A stretch of 43,537 bases of DNA. It comes from Ktedonobacterales bacterium. Its GTDB lineage: Bacteria; Chloroflexota; Ktedonobacteria; Ktedonobacterales; JADMIN01. Numbering within the stretch: position 1 is the stretch's first letter; every line of letters begins with the position of its first letter. The stretch covers positions 1 through 43,537 of the forward strand of contig JANWHL010000104.1 in NCBI GenBank assembly GCA_025450405.1, in the 5' to 3' direction. Of the stretch, positions 26,327 to 34,904 are shown piece after piece. The notes under the pieces are model-generated. The model had not been told where the DNA came from. It saw nothing but the letters and a program-made list of their open reading frames with translations, and searched no databases. The translations under genes were made by a program, and so were the position numbers.

Positions 26327-27322
26327 GTGAAAATCCTCATCCTGGGCGGCACGGTCTTCCTGGGCCGGCATCTGGTAGACGCCGCTTGCGCACGCGGACA
26401 CGCGGTGACGATCTTCACACGCGGACAGCACGAGGCGGGTCCGGCGCCCGAGGTCGAGTGGCTCCGCGGCAATCGCGACGGCGACCTCGGCGCGCTCGTC
26501 GGTCGCCAGTGGGATGTGGCTATCGACACCAGTGGCTACGTGCCACGAGTTGTGCGGGACTCGGCGCGGCTCCTCGCCCCCGCGGTTGGACGATATCTCT
26601 TCGTCTCCAGCGTCTCGGCCTACGACGAAGCGCGCCTTCGGCCAGGATTCGACGAAGAGTACCCCTTGGCGACCCTGGGGGACCCGACGACCGAGGAGGT
26701 GACTGGCGCGACGTACGGCGCGCTCAAAGGACTCTGTGAACGCGCGGCGGAGGAGGCATTGCCCGGACGGGCCGTCATCATCCGGCCGGGGTTGATCGTC
26801 GGACCTTACGACCCCAGCGACCGGTTCACCTATTGGCCGCACCGGATTGCGCGCGGTGGCATGGTGCTCGCGCCAGGCCGACCCGAGGCACCCGTGCAGT
26901 TCATCGACGTTCGCGACCTGGCGGCGTGGATAGTGCGGCTGGCCGAGGCGGGAACAGTCGGCACGTTCAACGCGACGGGTCCTGCCAATCCGCTGACGAT
27001 GGCCATGGTGCTGGAGACGTGCCGCGCGGTGAGCGGGAGCGATGCCGAGCTGGTCTGGATGGACGAGGCATTCCTGCTTGGGCAAGGCGTCGGCCCGTGG
27101 ATCGAGGTGCCGCTCTGGGTGCCCGAGGCGGAGGGTGTGAACGTGAGCGCGGTCAGCATCTCCCGGGCGCTGGCGGCAGGCCTGACCTTCCGGCCGCTCG
27201 CGGAGACCGTGCGCGACACCCTGGCCTGGGATGCGACGCGTCCGGCGGACCAGGCATGGCGCGCGGGCCTCCCACCTGACCGGGAGCACGAGCTGCTCGC
27301 GGCATGGGCGAGCCAACACTGA
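26327..27322 (+). CDS. NAD(P)-dependent epimerase/reductase (atypical or extended SDR family)
   Basis: GTG start 26327 with SD GAAGGAGG 6 nt upstream. Contains the MKILILGGTVFLGRH Rossmann motif. The 556-aa antisense ORF 25649-27319 is a shadow frame. Confidence 0.8.
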   Translation: MKILILGGTVFLGRHLVDAACARGHAVTIFTRGQHEAGPAPEVEWLRGNRDGDLGALVGRQWDVAIDTSGYVPRVVRDSARLLAPAVGRYLFVSSVSAYDEARLRPGFDEEYPLATLGDPTTEEVTGATYGALKGLCERAAEEALPGRAVIIRPGLIVGPYDPSDRFTYWPHRIARGGMVLAPGRPEAPVQFIDVRDLAAWIVRLAEAGTVGTFNATGPANPLTMAMVLETCRAVSGSDAELVWMDEAFLLGQGVGPWIEVPLWVPEAEGVNVSAVSISRALAAGLTFRPLAETVRDTLAWDATRPADQAWRAGLPPDREHELLAAWASQH

Positions 27323-27384
27323 GTCTGAAGCCTAGCGCAAAGGCGCCGCGCGATTCGCGCGGCGCCTACGTTTCTGGGACGACG

Positions 27385-27460
27385 TGGCAGGTGGGACAGG
27401 ACTCGAACCTGCAACCGGTGGTTTTGGAGACCACTGCTCTACCTATTGAGCTACCCACCT
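27385..27460 (-). tRNA. tRNA-Trp (anticodon CCA)
   Basis: Hand-folded from the reverse complement. Acceptor AGGUGGG/CCCACCU, D loop AGCUCAAUAGGUAGAGC, anticodon loop CUCCAAA, T loop UUCGAGU, discriminator G, encoded CCA. Total 76 nt. Confidence 0.92.
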
Positions 27461-27484
27461 AAGGTACCCATCTGGGGCGCCCAC

Positions 27485-27513
27485 ATCATACCCCACCGCT
27501 GGGCCCGCGTCAA
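27485..27513 (-). promoter_or_regulatory. promoter candidate, TTGACG-17-TATGAT, for tRNA-Trp
   Basis: Minus strand reads TTGACG (27513-27508), a 17-nt spacer, TATGAT (27490-27485). Lies about 25 nt upstream of the tRNA 5' end. Confidence 0.5.
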
Positions 27514-27785
27514 GGCTGGCGGGCGGGCGGCGTGGCTACCAGCCCGCATTTCGCCACGCCAGCCAGGCACGCCAGGCGAGCTCAACACGACTATCGGGTA
27601 AGCGTTTGGCGTTTCCAATCTCGCACGGGGTACAATGCGCGAAGGTGCCGGCCCCGCGCCATCGGGCGCGCGGGCGCGTCCACGCCTGATGCGCCCTGCG
27701 CCACTCCGCTCGCGCGACCTCATGTGGCATGTGGCGACCGAACAGCACCCCCGCGGCGCCGCGGCAAGAAGGACGGTGTACTCCC

Positions 27786-28166
27786 ATGGCTCAACGCATC
27801 CTCATCGCCGACGACGATCCAGCCATCGCCGAGCTGTTGCACTCGGCGCTGGACCAGGAGGGCTACGACACCTCCAAGACGACGCAGAGTCTCCGCTTCT
27901 TCGACGCGGTCCGCGATCTCCACCCCGACCTGATCTTGCTCGACCTGATGATGCCCTACCTCGACGGGCGCGACGAGTTGCGCCTGATGAGCATGGACCC
28001 GTCCACGGCCAACATTCCGGTCATCATCGTGACCGCGCATCAGGACGCCAAGCGTGAAGAAGACGCGTTCCGCAAGCTGGGCGTCGTGGAGGTCGTGACC
28101 AAGCCGTTCGATCTCAATGCCCTCCTCAGCCTGGTGCGGCAGACGATCGGGGATCCGCGCCAGTAG
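27786..28166 (+). CDS. stand-alone response regulator receiver protein (CheY-like)
   Basis: ORF 27729-28166. Start moved to ATG 27786. Receiver residues are intact: acidic pocket IADDD, phospho-acceptor in LILLDLMMP, and VTKPF lysine. No output domain. Confidence 0.85.
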   Translation: MAQRILIADDDPAIAELLHSALDQEGYDTSKTTQSLRFFDAVRDLHPDLILLDLMMPYLDGRDELRLMSMDPSTANIPVIIVTAHQDAKREEDAFRKLGVVEVVTKPFDLNALLSLVRQTIGDPRQ

Positions 28167-28193
28167 GGTCGTGATCGCATAAGGGGGCGCGAC

Positions 28194-29264
28194 GTGAGCG
28201 AGGTGTCGGTGAGGGCGCGCGGGCGCCTGCCCGTGGCGCTGGACGCTATGGGCGGCGACAACGCACCAGGCGAGGTGGTGCTCGGTGCCGTCCAGGCGGC
28301 GCGCGAGCTGGGGCTAGGGATTATCCTCGTTGGCCCTGAGGCGACGGTGCGCACGGAGCTCGCGCGCCATAACATCACTGGCCTGAACCTCGAGGTGGCC
28401 AACGCTGACGAGGTCATCGGGATGGACGAACACCCCGCCGAGGCGGTGCGCGCGAAGCGCCGCAACTCGATGACCGTCGCCCTCGAACTGGTGCGTGATG
28501 GGCGCGCTGGAGCGGCTGTCACGGCCGGCAACAGTGGGGCCATGCTCGCCGCGTCACTCTTTACGTTGCGGCGGATCCCCGGGGTCGAGCGGCCGGCGTT
28601 GGGTGCGGTCTTCCCGTCCGCGAACGGGCGCCGCTGTCTGGTGGCGGATGTCGGCGCGAACACCGACTCGAAGCCGACCTATTTGGTGCAGTTTGCATTG
28701 ATGGGCGCCGTCTACATGGACAAGGTCTTCGGCGTGCCAAATCCGCGCGTGGGCCTCCTCTCGAATGGCGAGGAAGCAACGAAGGGCGACCAGCTCACCC
28801 AGGCCGCGCACCAACTGCTGAAGGCGGCGGCGGGTCCGGCGCGGATGAACTTCATCGGCAACGTCGAAGGCCGCAATGTCTTCGATGGGTCGGTGGACGT
28901 GGTGGCCTGCGACGGATTCGTGGGCAACGTCCTGCTGAAGACTAGCGAGGGCTTGTCAAGGCTGCTTCTCGGCGCCATCCGCGGCGCCATCACGTCGAAT
29001 CCGCTCACGATGGCGGGCGGGCTACTGGCACAGGGAGCCTTCGGCAAAGTGCGGCGCGAGTTTGACTACGAGGAATATGGCGGGGCGCCGCTGCTTGGCG
29101 TGAATGGGGTCTCCATCATCGCGCACGGGCGCTCGGGCGCCAAAGCGATCAAGAGCGCGCTGCGCACGGCCTCGCAGGCGTCGGCGGCGAAGGTGCCCGC
29201 CCTCATCCAGGACGGCATGGCCGCCATCGGCGCACGGGCGGGGATGGCGGACGCTGGCGACTAG
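28194..29264 (+). CDS. plsX: phosphate acyltransferase
   Basis: Contains VALDAMGGDNAP, VTAGNSGA, CDGFVGNVLLKTSEG and NGVSIIAHGRS blocks. Confidence 0.9.
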   Translation: MSEVSVRARGRLPVALDAMGGDNAPGEVVLGAVQAARELGLGIILVGPEATVRTELARHNITGLNLEVANADEVIGMDEHPAEAVRAKRRNSMTVALELVRDGRAGAAVTAGNSGAMLAASLFTLRRIPGVERPALGAVFPSANGRRCLVADVGANTDSKPTYLVQFALMGAVYMDKVFGVPNPRVGLLSNGEEATKGDQLTQAAHQLLKAAAGPARMNFIGNVEGRNVFDGSVDVVACDGFVGNVLLKTSEGLSRLLLGAIRGAITSNPLTMAGGLLAQGAFGKVRREFDYEEYGGAPLLGVNGVSIIAHGRSGAKAIKSALRTASQASAAKVPALIQDGMAAIGARAGMADAGD

Positions 29265-29282
29265 GCGCGGGTTGGTGGCGTG

Positions 29283-29621
29283 CTAGGGCGTTGGCGTCTT
29301 GCGGCGGCGCTTGGCGGCGCCGCCGAGCTTGCCAATGCGGCTGTAGAAGTCGGCCGGCTGGCGCCGTTTGGTGGAGTTCCCACCCTTCTTGCCCATCGCG
29401 GAGAAGTGCTCGGGGCCGTACTTATCCACATTCGCGCGGCCACCCTTTTTGGCGATCGCGCGGTAATAGTCGCTCCCACGCTTGTCCTTCAGCGCGGTGC
29501 CGCCGATTTTGCCGATGCGCCGATAGTAGTCCTCGCCATATTTATCGCGTACCGCGCTACCACCCTTACGCCCGGCCTCAGCGGTCGTCATCGGGGTGGT
29601 CTTCACTTCGCTCTCCGCCAT
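29283..29621 (-). CDS. KGG-repeat general stress protein (YciG/GsiB-like)
   Basis: SD GGGAGG 6 nt upstream of ATG 29621. Five or more repeats of the form (R/K)KGG...(D/K)KYG..(Y/F)Y..IG. Confidence 0.8.
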   Translation of the reverse strand: MAESEVKTTPMTTAEAGRKGGSAVRDKYGEDYYRRIGKIGGTALKDKRGSDYYRAIAKKGGRANVDKYGPEHFSAMGKKGGNSTKRRQPADFYSRIGKLGGAAKRRRKTPTP

Positions 29622-29684
29622 GCCGCACCTCCCGCGCCCCGTTGCGGTGGGGTCGCGCTACCAGGACGTCTGCCTGTCGTGGAG

Positions 29685-29713
29685 AGTATACGGCAGGCGG
29701 CGCGCTCCGTCAA
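29685..29713 (-). promoter_or_regulatory. promoter candidate, TTGACG-17-TATACT, for the KGG stress gene
   Basis: Minus strand reads TTGACG (29713-29708), a 17-nt spacer, TATACT (29690-29685). Predicted leader of about 55 nt. Confidence 0.5.
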
Positions 29714-30181
29714 GCGTGCGCCGCCCGCAATCTTGAGTCCTCGCTACAGTCCGGGTGCAATACCTGCCGAAAGGGAGCCTCGCCGGTGAACTCCGTCGCA
29801 GCCAGAGCCCACTCGCGTACACTCCCACTCGCGCGCCCCCGCCACGACTCTCGGGGCATCTCCTCGGTGGGCCACCATGCTTGCCCCTGGAGGGGACACT
29901 CGCCGCGCACCCCATCACTTGCGCACCCCGCTCGCCAGCCAGGATTAGTCGCGGAACTTCAATTCCGCAGGCGTCCCCAGCCAATCCGCCCGCCTTTGGC
30001 GGTCACGCACATCCGCGTGTCGTGCGGTCACCTACCGCTAATTCGCTCTTCAGTTGAAATCGAATGGGCGCACGGATGCGCGCCCGACGCGCGCGGCGCC
30101 CACCGGCGCCGCACGGTTGCGCGCCTTTCTCCCGCTCCATACCAGGCTGGCTAGCCCGACCACCCTTCATCCGGAGGGCGG

Positions 30182-30190
30182 TGGTATACT
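30182..30190 (+). promoter_or_regulatory. extended -10 promoter candidate (TGgTATACT) upstream of the HerA-family module
   Basis: TG at 30182-30183 and TATACT at 30185-30190. There is no good -35. Lies about 95 nt upstream of ATG 30284. Confidence 0.3.
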
Positions 30191-30283
30191 CAGTTGGAGG
30201 ACGCCAGGTTGCCGCCCGGCGGCGCGGAAAATGGCCGCGCGGGGCGTGACACGCGGTTGCGTGCGCGGGTTCGGGAGTGCGGC

Positions 30284-31141
30284 ATGAGCACGAGCGTTGA
30301 GCTGGGCAAGATCGTCAAGTCAGACTCGCACGTCCGCTACGTCTGCCAGATCTTTGGCGAAGGCGAGGTGGCCGCGCCACCGCGTCCGGTGGACTTCGCG
30401 TTTGGCAGCTTCGTTCGTGTGCCCCTGCGGGCCGACGAACTGGCGCCGTCGGCCACCTTGAGGGCGCCCGAGGCGGCGGACGTGGCGGCGCTGGAGCATG
30501 TCGGAGCGGGGATCGCGGACGCGCTCGCGCCCAAGGACGCCGACGCGCGTGCCTGGGCCATCGGCGTGATCTTTGATACCATCCTGGTCAATCCGGCGTT
30601 TGGCACGCTGGGCCCGAGACTTTCCAATGACACCCAGGTGGCACTCTTCTCGCCGGACTACCTATCTGAGCGCGCCGTGCTTGTTTCGATCATGCTCCTG
30701 GGCACGTTGTCGGCAACCAACCCCGCGTACGGAGTGAGCGGAGTGAATGGCACCGGCGGCGCGGGACCTCATGGGGGGCGCATTGATCCGGTCGCGCTGA
30801 CACGCCCGCGGCGCGGAGGCGGCGCGGCAACGCCGGCGTACGTGGTTCGCCACGGCGTACCGGAGGTAGCCCCTGATCTGGGGGCTGTGGTGTCAACACT
30901 CTCCGAAATTGATCTGCGCGCCTTCCATCACTTCGCCGATGGCGGCGCCCCGGGTGGCAGCGCGACGTACTTGCACATGGGCTATCTCCCGCACATCATC
31001 GCCCAGGACCACCCCCTGCTGCCGATTGTCGCCCTCCAGATCATCGAGCGGCTAGAGCGAGCGTTTCCGGCCAACACCGCGCTCCTCGCGATCGTCAAGC
31101 GGAATTTCGCCTGGCGGCTAAAGGTACAAACCGCCGGCTAA
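30284..31141 (+). CDS. hypothetical protein; possible HAS-barrel-like N-domain; partner of the downstream HerA-family ATPase
   Basis: ORF 30194-31141. Start moved to ATG 30284 (SD GGGAG 6 nt upstream). 285 aa. No P-loop, and I could not find a NurA-type DGS motif, a SIR2 GAGxS motif or an obvious PD-(D/E)xK. The N-terminus parallels the barrel of the next gene by eye. Confidence 0.6.
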   Translation: MSTSVELGKIVKSDSHVRYVCQIFGEGEVAAPPRPVDFAFGSFVRVPLRADELAPSATLRAPEAADVAALEHVGAGIADALAPKDADARAWAIGVIFDTILVNPAFGTLGPRLSNDTQVALFSPDYLSERAVLVSIMLLGTLSATNPAYGVSGVNGTGGAGPHGGRIDPVALTRPRRGGGAATPAYVVRHGVPEVAPDLGAVVSTLSEIDLRAFHHFADGGAPGGSATYLHMGYLPHIIAQDHPLLPIVALQIIERLERAFPANTALLAIVKRNFAWRLKVQTAG

Positions 31142-31174
31142 CCATCATGTTGCGGGAGAGAGCGAGCGCCATAC

Positions 31175-32956
31175 ATGGCTGACCCTGACTCGACACCGGT
31201 AGGCATCACCAAGGGACCTGGAGAGACGATCCACGAGTATACGTTCATCTCGCGGGATGAGCACCGCCTGCTGAAAAACGGCGAATACGTCTATTACCAT
31301 ATTGGCCAGATCGGCGCGCGCGACCAGGGCGCCGGTGATGGTGAGCCATCGAGATCCAATGGGGACGGCGGCCCGGCGCGGCAGGTCCTGGGGCGCATTC
31401 AGCGACGGGTTCCCGTCCAGCTGTACCCGGACACGTTTCTCTCCGAGCCAACGGTCCCGCCCAGCCAGGTGGCGGCGCTCGTCGGATACGACGAGCTGGC
31501 GAACGATCTCTTCGAGCTGCATGTGGCAATCCTGGGGTACTACGACGCGGACCTCGGAACGTTCGTCAATCCGTGGATCCCGCCAGAATCGGGGATGCCG
31601 ATCTATTTGGCCGAAGATGACGCGTTGGCGCGTGTGTTGGGCAAGAAGCGCGCCGGCGAGTTCGGCGGCGCCCACATCGGTTCGTTGCTGACGCGAGCCG
31701 AGGGCGCGGTGCCCGTGGTCCTCGATGTCAAGGAGCTAGTGAGCACGCACTTGGCCATTATCGCCAGCACGGGAGCGGGCAAGAGCTATCTGGCGAGCGT
31801 GATCATCGAGGAGCTGATGCGGCCGAACAACCGTGCGGCGGTGCTGATCGTGGACCCGCACGGCGAGTACGGGACGCTGCAGGATATGCCCAACCACCCG
31901 GCGTTCGCCGAGGAAGCCGGCGCGGCACCTGGCGCCGCCAATGGGCGCACGGCGCGTCCGCACGAGCGGTATCGCGCGCAGACACGGGTCTATCTGCACG
32001 ACCAGGTCAAAGTGCGCCTCTCAACCCTGGACCTGAGTGACCTGCGGTATCTCCTACCAGACCTGACAGAAAAGCAGCACTACTTCCTGGGTCGGGCCTT
32101 CAATAACCTGAAGAGCGCCAAGAAGGGGCAGCCGTGGTCGGCCGCGGAGCTCAAAGACGCGGTGCTCGCCCTCAAGCGCGAGGCCAATGAGGAGTACGGC
32201 GACGACAGCGGCAACAGTACGGCGGCCGCCCTGGGCTGGAAGATTGAGAGTCGGCTCGGGGACCGCAACAGCATGGTCTTCGACACACACCAGCACCTCG
32301 ACCTCCGCGAGATCTTCCGGCCCGGCCAGTGCACGGTCCTTCAGCTCAACGAGGTGGACGAGCGCGACCAGACGGTCATCGTGGCGACACTCCTTCGCCG
32401 ACTCTTCCACGCTCGGCTGGACACCGAGCGTGGCAAGGTGCGGGATGGCGACGAACAGTACCTGCCCTATCCCGCCTTCGTGCTCCTTGAAGAGGCGCAC
32501 CACTTCGCCCCACACGGGCAGGAGGTGGTGAGCACTCGCCAACTGAAGCAGGTGTTGGCCGAGGGCCGCAAGTTCGGCATCGGGGTCGGACTGATCAGCC
32601 AGCGCCCGGGCAAATTGGATCCAGATGTGCTCAGTCAATGCCTGACGCAGTGCATCATGCGCATCGTCAACGACGTGGACCAGAAGAGCGTGGCGACCGC
32701 CGTTGAAGGCGTTGGGCACGATCTGCTAGGCAACCTGCCTGCTCTCTCCAAGGGGCAGGCGATTGTGGCGGGCAGCGCCGTCAACACGCCGGTCATCTGC
32801 CGGGTGCGTCCCCGCATCACGCCGCACGGCGGCGAAAGCAAGGATGCCCCTGAGGAGTGGCGGCGCTTCTTTGGATCGGAGCAGGTGGCCGCGCGGGCGC
32901 GAGAGGCCGCGCCGCTGGCCCGCGATGACAAACCGTTCTCCATCTTCAAGCGCTGA
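31175..32956 (+). CDS. HerA/FtsK-superfamily ATPase (DUF87/HerA-like helicase)
   Basis: N-terminal barrel-like region, Walker A IIASTGAGKS (aa 195-204), Walker B FVLLEEAHHF, GLISQRPGKLD, and C-terminal GQAIVAGSAV. 593 aa. Starts 33 nt after the upstream gene. Confidence 0.88.
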   Translation: MADPDSTPVGITKGPGETIHEYTFISRDEHRLLKNGEYVYYHIGQIGARDQGAGDGEPSRSNGDGGPARQVLGRIQRRVPVQLYPDTFLSEPTVPPSQVAALVGYDELANDLFELHVAILGYYDADLGTFVNPWIPPESGMPIYLAEDDALARVLGKKRAGEFGGAHIGSLLTRAEGAVPVVLDVKELVSTHLAIIASTGAGKSYLASVIIEELMRPNNRAAVLIVDPHGEYGTLQDMPNHPAFAEEAGAAPGAANGRTARPHERYRAQTRVYLHDQVKVRLSTLDLSDLRYLLPDLTEKQHYFLGRAFNNLKSAKKGQPWSAAELKDAVLALKREANEEYGDDSGNSTAAALGWKIESRLGDRNSMVFDTHQHLDLREIFRPGQCTVLQLNEVDERDQTVIVATLLRRLFHARLDTERGKVRDGDEQYLPYPAFVLLEEAHHFAPHGQEVVSTRQLKQVLAEGRKFGIGVGLISQRPGKLDPDVLSQCLTQCIMRIVNDVDQKSVATAVEGVGHDLLGNLPALSKGQAIVAGSAVNTPVICRVRPRITPHGGESKDAPEEWRRFFGSEQVAARAREAAPLARDDKPFSIFKR

Positions 32957-32966
32957 CGGTTAGCCC

Positions 32967-33401
32967 GTGGCCCGCGCCAGAGTGAGGAGGCTCACGTTGC
33001 TGCGCCTGGCGGAAGTCGCGAGCCTGCTGGGGGCGCTCCCACGCGGCGCGCGGCGGCATCCTGCCCTGGTTCGCGCCGGGGCGGCCTGGGTTCCGCCGCT
33101 GGTATACGCCCATGCCGTCCCACCGCGCGGCTGGCTCGCCATCTCGATCGGCGGCGCGCTCCTCTTGGTGGCGCTCGTCTGGACGCTCGTCCCGTTGGTC
33201 CGCGCGCTGGGAGAGCGTCTATTATGGGAGCTGCCACGTGAACGCGAGCGGCGACTGGCGCGCCGCCAGGGCCTCATGCTGGCCGTGCTCGTGGTGGCGA
33301 ATCTGGCGCTGGCGGCCCTGCGTGTCTGGACACCATTGCTCGCCGCGGTGACGATCGCTTTCGTCGTGGCGGAGGCGGTGTGGGCCTGGCGGCGAGCTTA
33401 A
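32967..33401 (+). CDS. small hypothetical membrane protein (3 predicted TM helices)
   Basis: GC3-rich frame. GTG 32967 lies 10 nt after the HerA stop. A better start may be in-frame TTG 32997, which sits 6 nt after SD GAGGAGG (32984-32990). Helices are WLAISIGGALLLVALVWTLVPLV, LMLAVLVVANLALAALRVW and LLAAVTIAFVVAEAVWAW. Its TAA shares a palindromic TTAA (33398-33401) with the convergent gene's stop. Confidence 0.45.
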   Translation: MARARVRRLTLLRLAEVASLLGALPRGARRHPALVRAGAAWVPPLVYAHAVPPRGWLAISIGGALLLVALVWTLVPLVRALGERLLWELPRERERRLARRQGLMLAVLVVANLALAALRVWTPLLAAVTIAFVVAEAVWAWRRA

Positions 33402-33988
33402 TCGCCAGTGACGCAGAAGCCGGCCTGGCCGATAGGATCGTCGAATCCCCAGGACACGACCCAGTATCCCTGGTACTTATTGATGCCAAAGAGCACGATG
33501 TGCCCGTCACTCCCGTCAAAGCCGATGACCTGACTCGCCGGAGTATTTTCCGAGTAGCACGAGAGCACGGACATCTCGTAGTCGGAGCTTGCGGACCACG
33601 GCTCGCCCCGGCCATATTCATGTTGCAGGTTGGCCAACGAGGTCGGCATCAGCAGTTGTGAGCCGGCATACTCCGTCTGGAACGAGAACTGCGGACTCAG
33701 CAGCGGCGCGACGCGCGTCCAGTGATTGCCAGAATACGCGTTGACGAGGCGCGTACGGAACGCGTTCAGATCGGTGATGGCGACCGGAGTGGGCGCCAAA
33801 GTTGGTGTCGGACCGGCGGGGACGGTCGTGGGTGGCGCGGCGGCGGTTTTAGTCGCGACATGTGCGGTTGTCGGCGCCGAGGCGCAGGCGGCCAGGAGGG
33901 CGACCAACGCCACCAGTCCAACCGCGACCAGGCGCTCTCGCCTGCCCGGCTTACGGCCTCGCGCCGTGGCCACCCTCATCCGCCCCAT
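33398..33988 (-). CDS. hypothetical lipoprotein
   Basis: ORF 33398-34501. Start moved to ATG 33988 (SD GGGAGG 5 nt upstream). Basic N-terminus, hydrophobic helix and a lipobox (LLAAC). Then a Pro/Thr/Ala linker and a globular domain. Confidence 0.65.
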   Translation of the reverse strand: MGRMRVATARGRKPGRRERLVAVGLVALVALLAACASAPTTAHVATKTAAAPPTTVPAGPTPTLAPTPVAITDLNAFRTRLVNAYSGNHWTRVAPLLSPQFSFQTEYAGSQLLMPTSLANLQHEYGRGEPWSASSDYEMSVLSCYSENTPASQVIGFDGSDGHIVLFGINKYQGYWVVSWGFDDPIGQAGFCVTGD

Positions 33989-34255
33989 CCGTGCCTCCCG
34001 CCGCCACACCTGAAGCATTGTCGTCCGCTCCCTCGCACCCGCGCACATGGTGAATCCGCCAGTGGGCACGGCCAGAACCGCCCCGTCCTTGTTGCCGCGC
34101 TGGCGGGTGTCGCCAGCGGTCGGCGCGCCCCGCCATGAAGGCCCGTGCCCCCGCACCGAAGCACACGGCGCGACCGCTCTCGCAGTATACCGGTGATGGA
34201 CTTGTGGCGCAAGTGATAATTCGCTCGGCCGAGCGCGTGTCCCGGCGCATGCCAA

Positions 34256-34287
34256 TGAGAAACTCGGCACGTGAGAAATTCGGCACG
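34256..34287. repeat. 16-bp direct tandem repeat (TGAGAAA[C/T]TCGGCACG x2) just upstream of the rpsT promoter
   Basis: Units at 34256-34271 and 34272-34287 with one mismatch. The repeat ends 8 bp before the -35 hexamer. Confidence 0.85.
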
Positions 34288-34295
34288 ACAAACCC

Positions 34296-34324
34296 TTGCC
34301 TGTGAGCGGCGGGTTTTGTATACT
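34296..34324 (+). promoter_or_regulatory. promoter candidate, TTGCCT-17-TATACT, for rpsT
   Basis: TTGCCT at 34296-34301, a 17-nt spacer, TATACT at 34319-34324. This implies a leader of about 200 nt. Confidence 0.45.
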
Positions 34325-34533
34325 AATCTGGTGCCCTTGTGGTGAGCGCGGCCCGCGCACGCCTTCGTCGTCTCGACCGTCGTCACGACGCGATCGTTTG
34401 ACGTGATGTTTGACTTGACGCTGGGGCAAACCCACGCTATCGACCGCGTTGGCGGAGCGAACGCACGTCACCGCCAGCGTTCGCCACGCTCGGTCACACA
34501 CGATCCGCGCACGCGGAGGAGGAACCAGGGTCT

Positions 34534-34812
34534 ATGCCCAATCTCAGGTCGGCCAAGAAGCGCATGCGCATCGAGGCCAAGCGACGCGCCCGCAACAAGT
34601 CAGTCAAGTCGACGGTGCGCACTTTTGTCACCAAGGCGCGCAGTGCCATCGCCGCTGATCCCGCCGATCCCCAGACAGCCGAGGCGATTCGTGAGGCCAT
34701 CAGCAATCTCGATCGCGCGGTGAGCAAGGGCGTGCTGCATCGCAATAACGCGTCGCGCCGCAAGTCGCGCCTGATGCACCGCCTGCACACGGCCGAGCAA
34801 GGCGCCGAGTAG
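34534..34812 (+). CDS. rpsT: 30S ribosomal protein S20
   Basis: SD GGAGGAGG upstream. Contains MPNLRSAKKRMRIEAKRRARNKSVKS...AVSKGVLHRNNASRRKSRL. Confidence 0.92.
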   Translation: MPNLRSAKKRMRIEAKRRARNKSVKSTVRTFVTKARSAIAADPADPQTAEAIREAISNLDRAVSKGVLHRNNASRRKSRLMHRLHTAEQGAE

Positions 34813-34829
34813 AATCCCGCTCGCGATCA

Positions 34830-34862
34830 GGGTGCGCTCCGTGAGGAGTGGCGCCCTTTTGT
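34830..34862 (+). terminator. intrinsic terminator after rpsT
   Basis: Stem GGGUGCGCUCC / GGAGUGGCGCCC with one bulge and loop GUGA (34830-34856), followed by UUUUGU. Confidence 0.5.
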
Positions 34863-34904
34863 CGTGCTTGGCCGCGCCCGTCGTGTCCGGACCGCGCAGG
34901 CATA

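Noticed and set aside
25649-27319. Very long ORFs antisense to, or out of frame with, real genes. Examples: 556 aa at 25649-27319(-), 418 aa at 3939-5195(+), 341 aa at 38507-39532(+), 322 aa at 15323-16291(-), 360 aa at 21888-22970(-), 354 aa at 6014-7078(+).
   Set aside because: Their translations are Arg/Ala/Gly/Pro-rich with no motifs. They overlap genes with clear family signatures on the other strand or frame. This is typical GC-driven stop-codon depletion, not overlapping genes.
27606-27636. Promoter for the response-regulator gene (TTGGCG-19-TACAAT).
   Set aside because: The -10 is good, but a 19-nt spacer is outside the pattern seen at the other promoters. It is not listed as a feature.
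30284-31141. Calling the gene upstream of HerA a NurA nuclease by context.
   Set aside because: I could not find the N-terminal (I/V)DGS motif or other NurA catalytic landmarks. At 285 aa, with a barrel-like N-terminus, it does not fit. It is kept as hypothetical and flagged as a finding.
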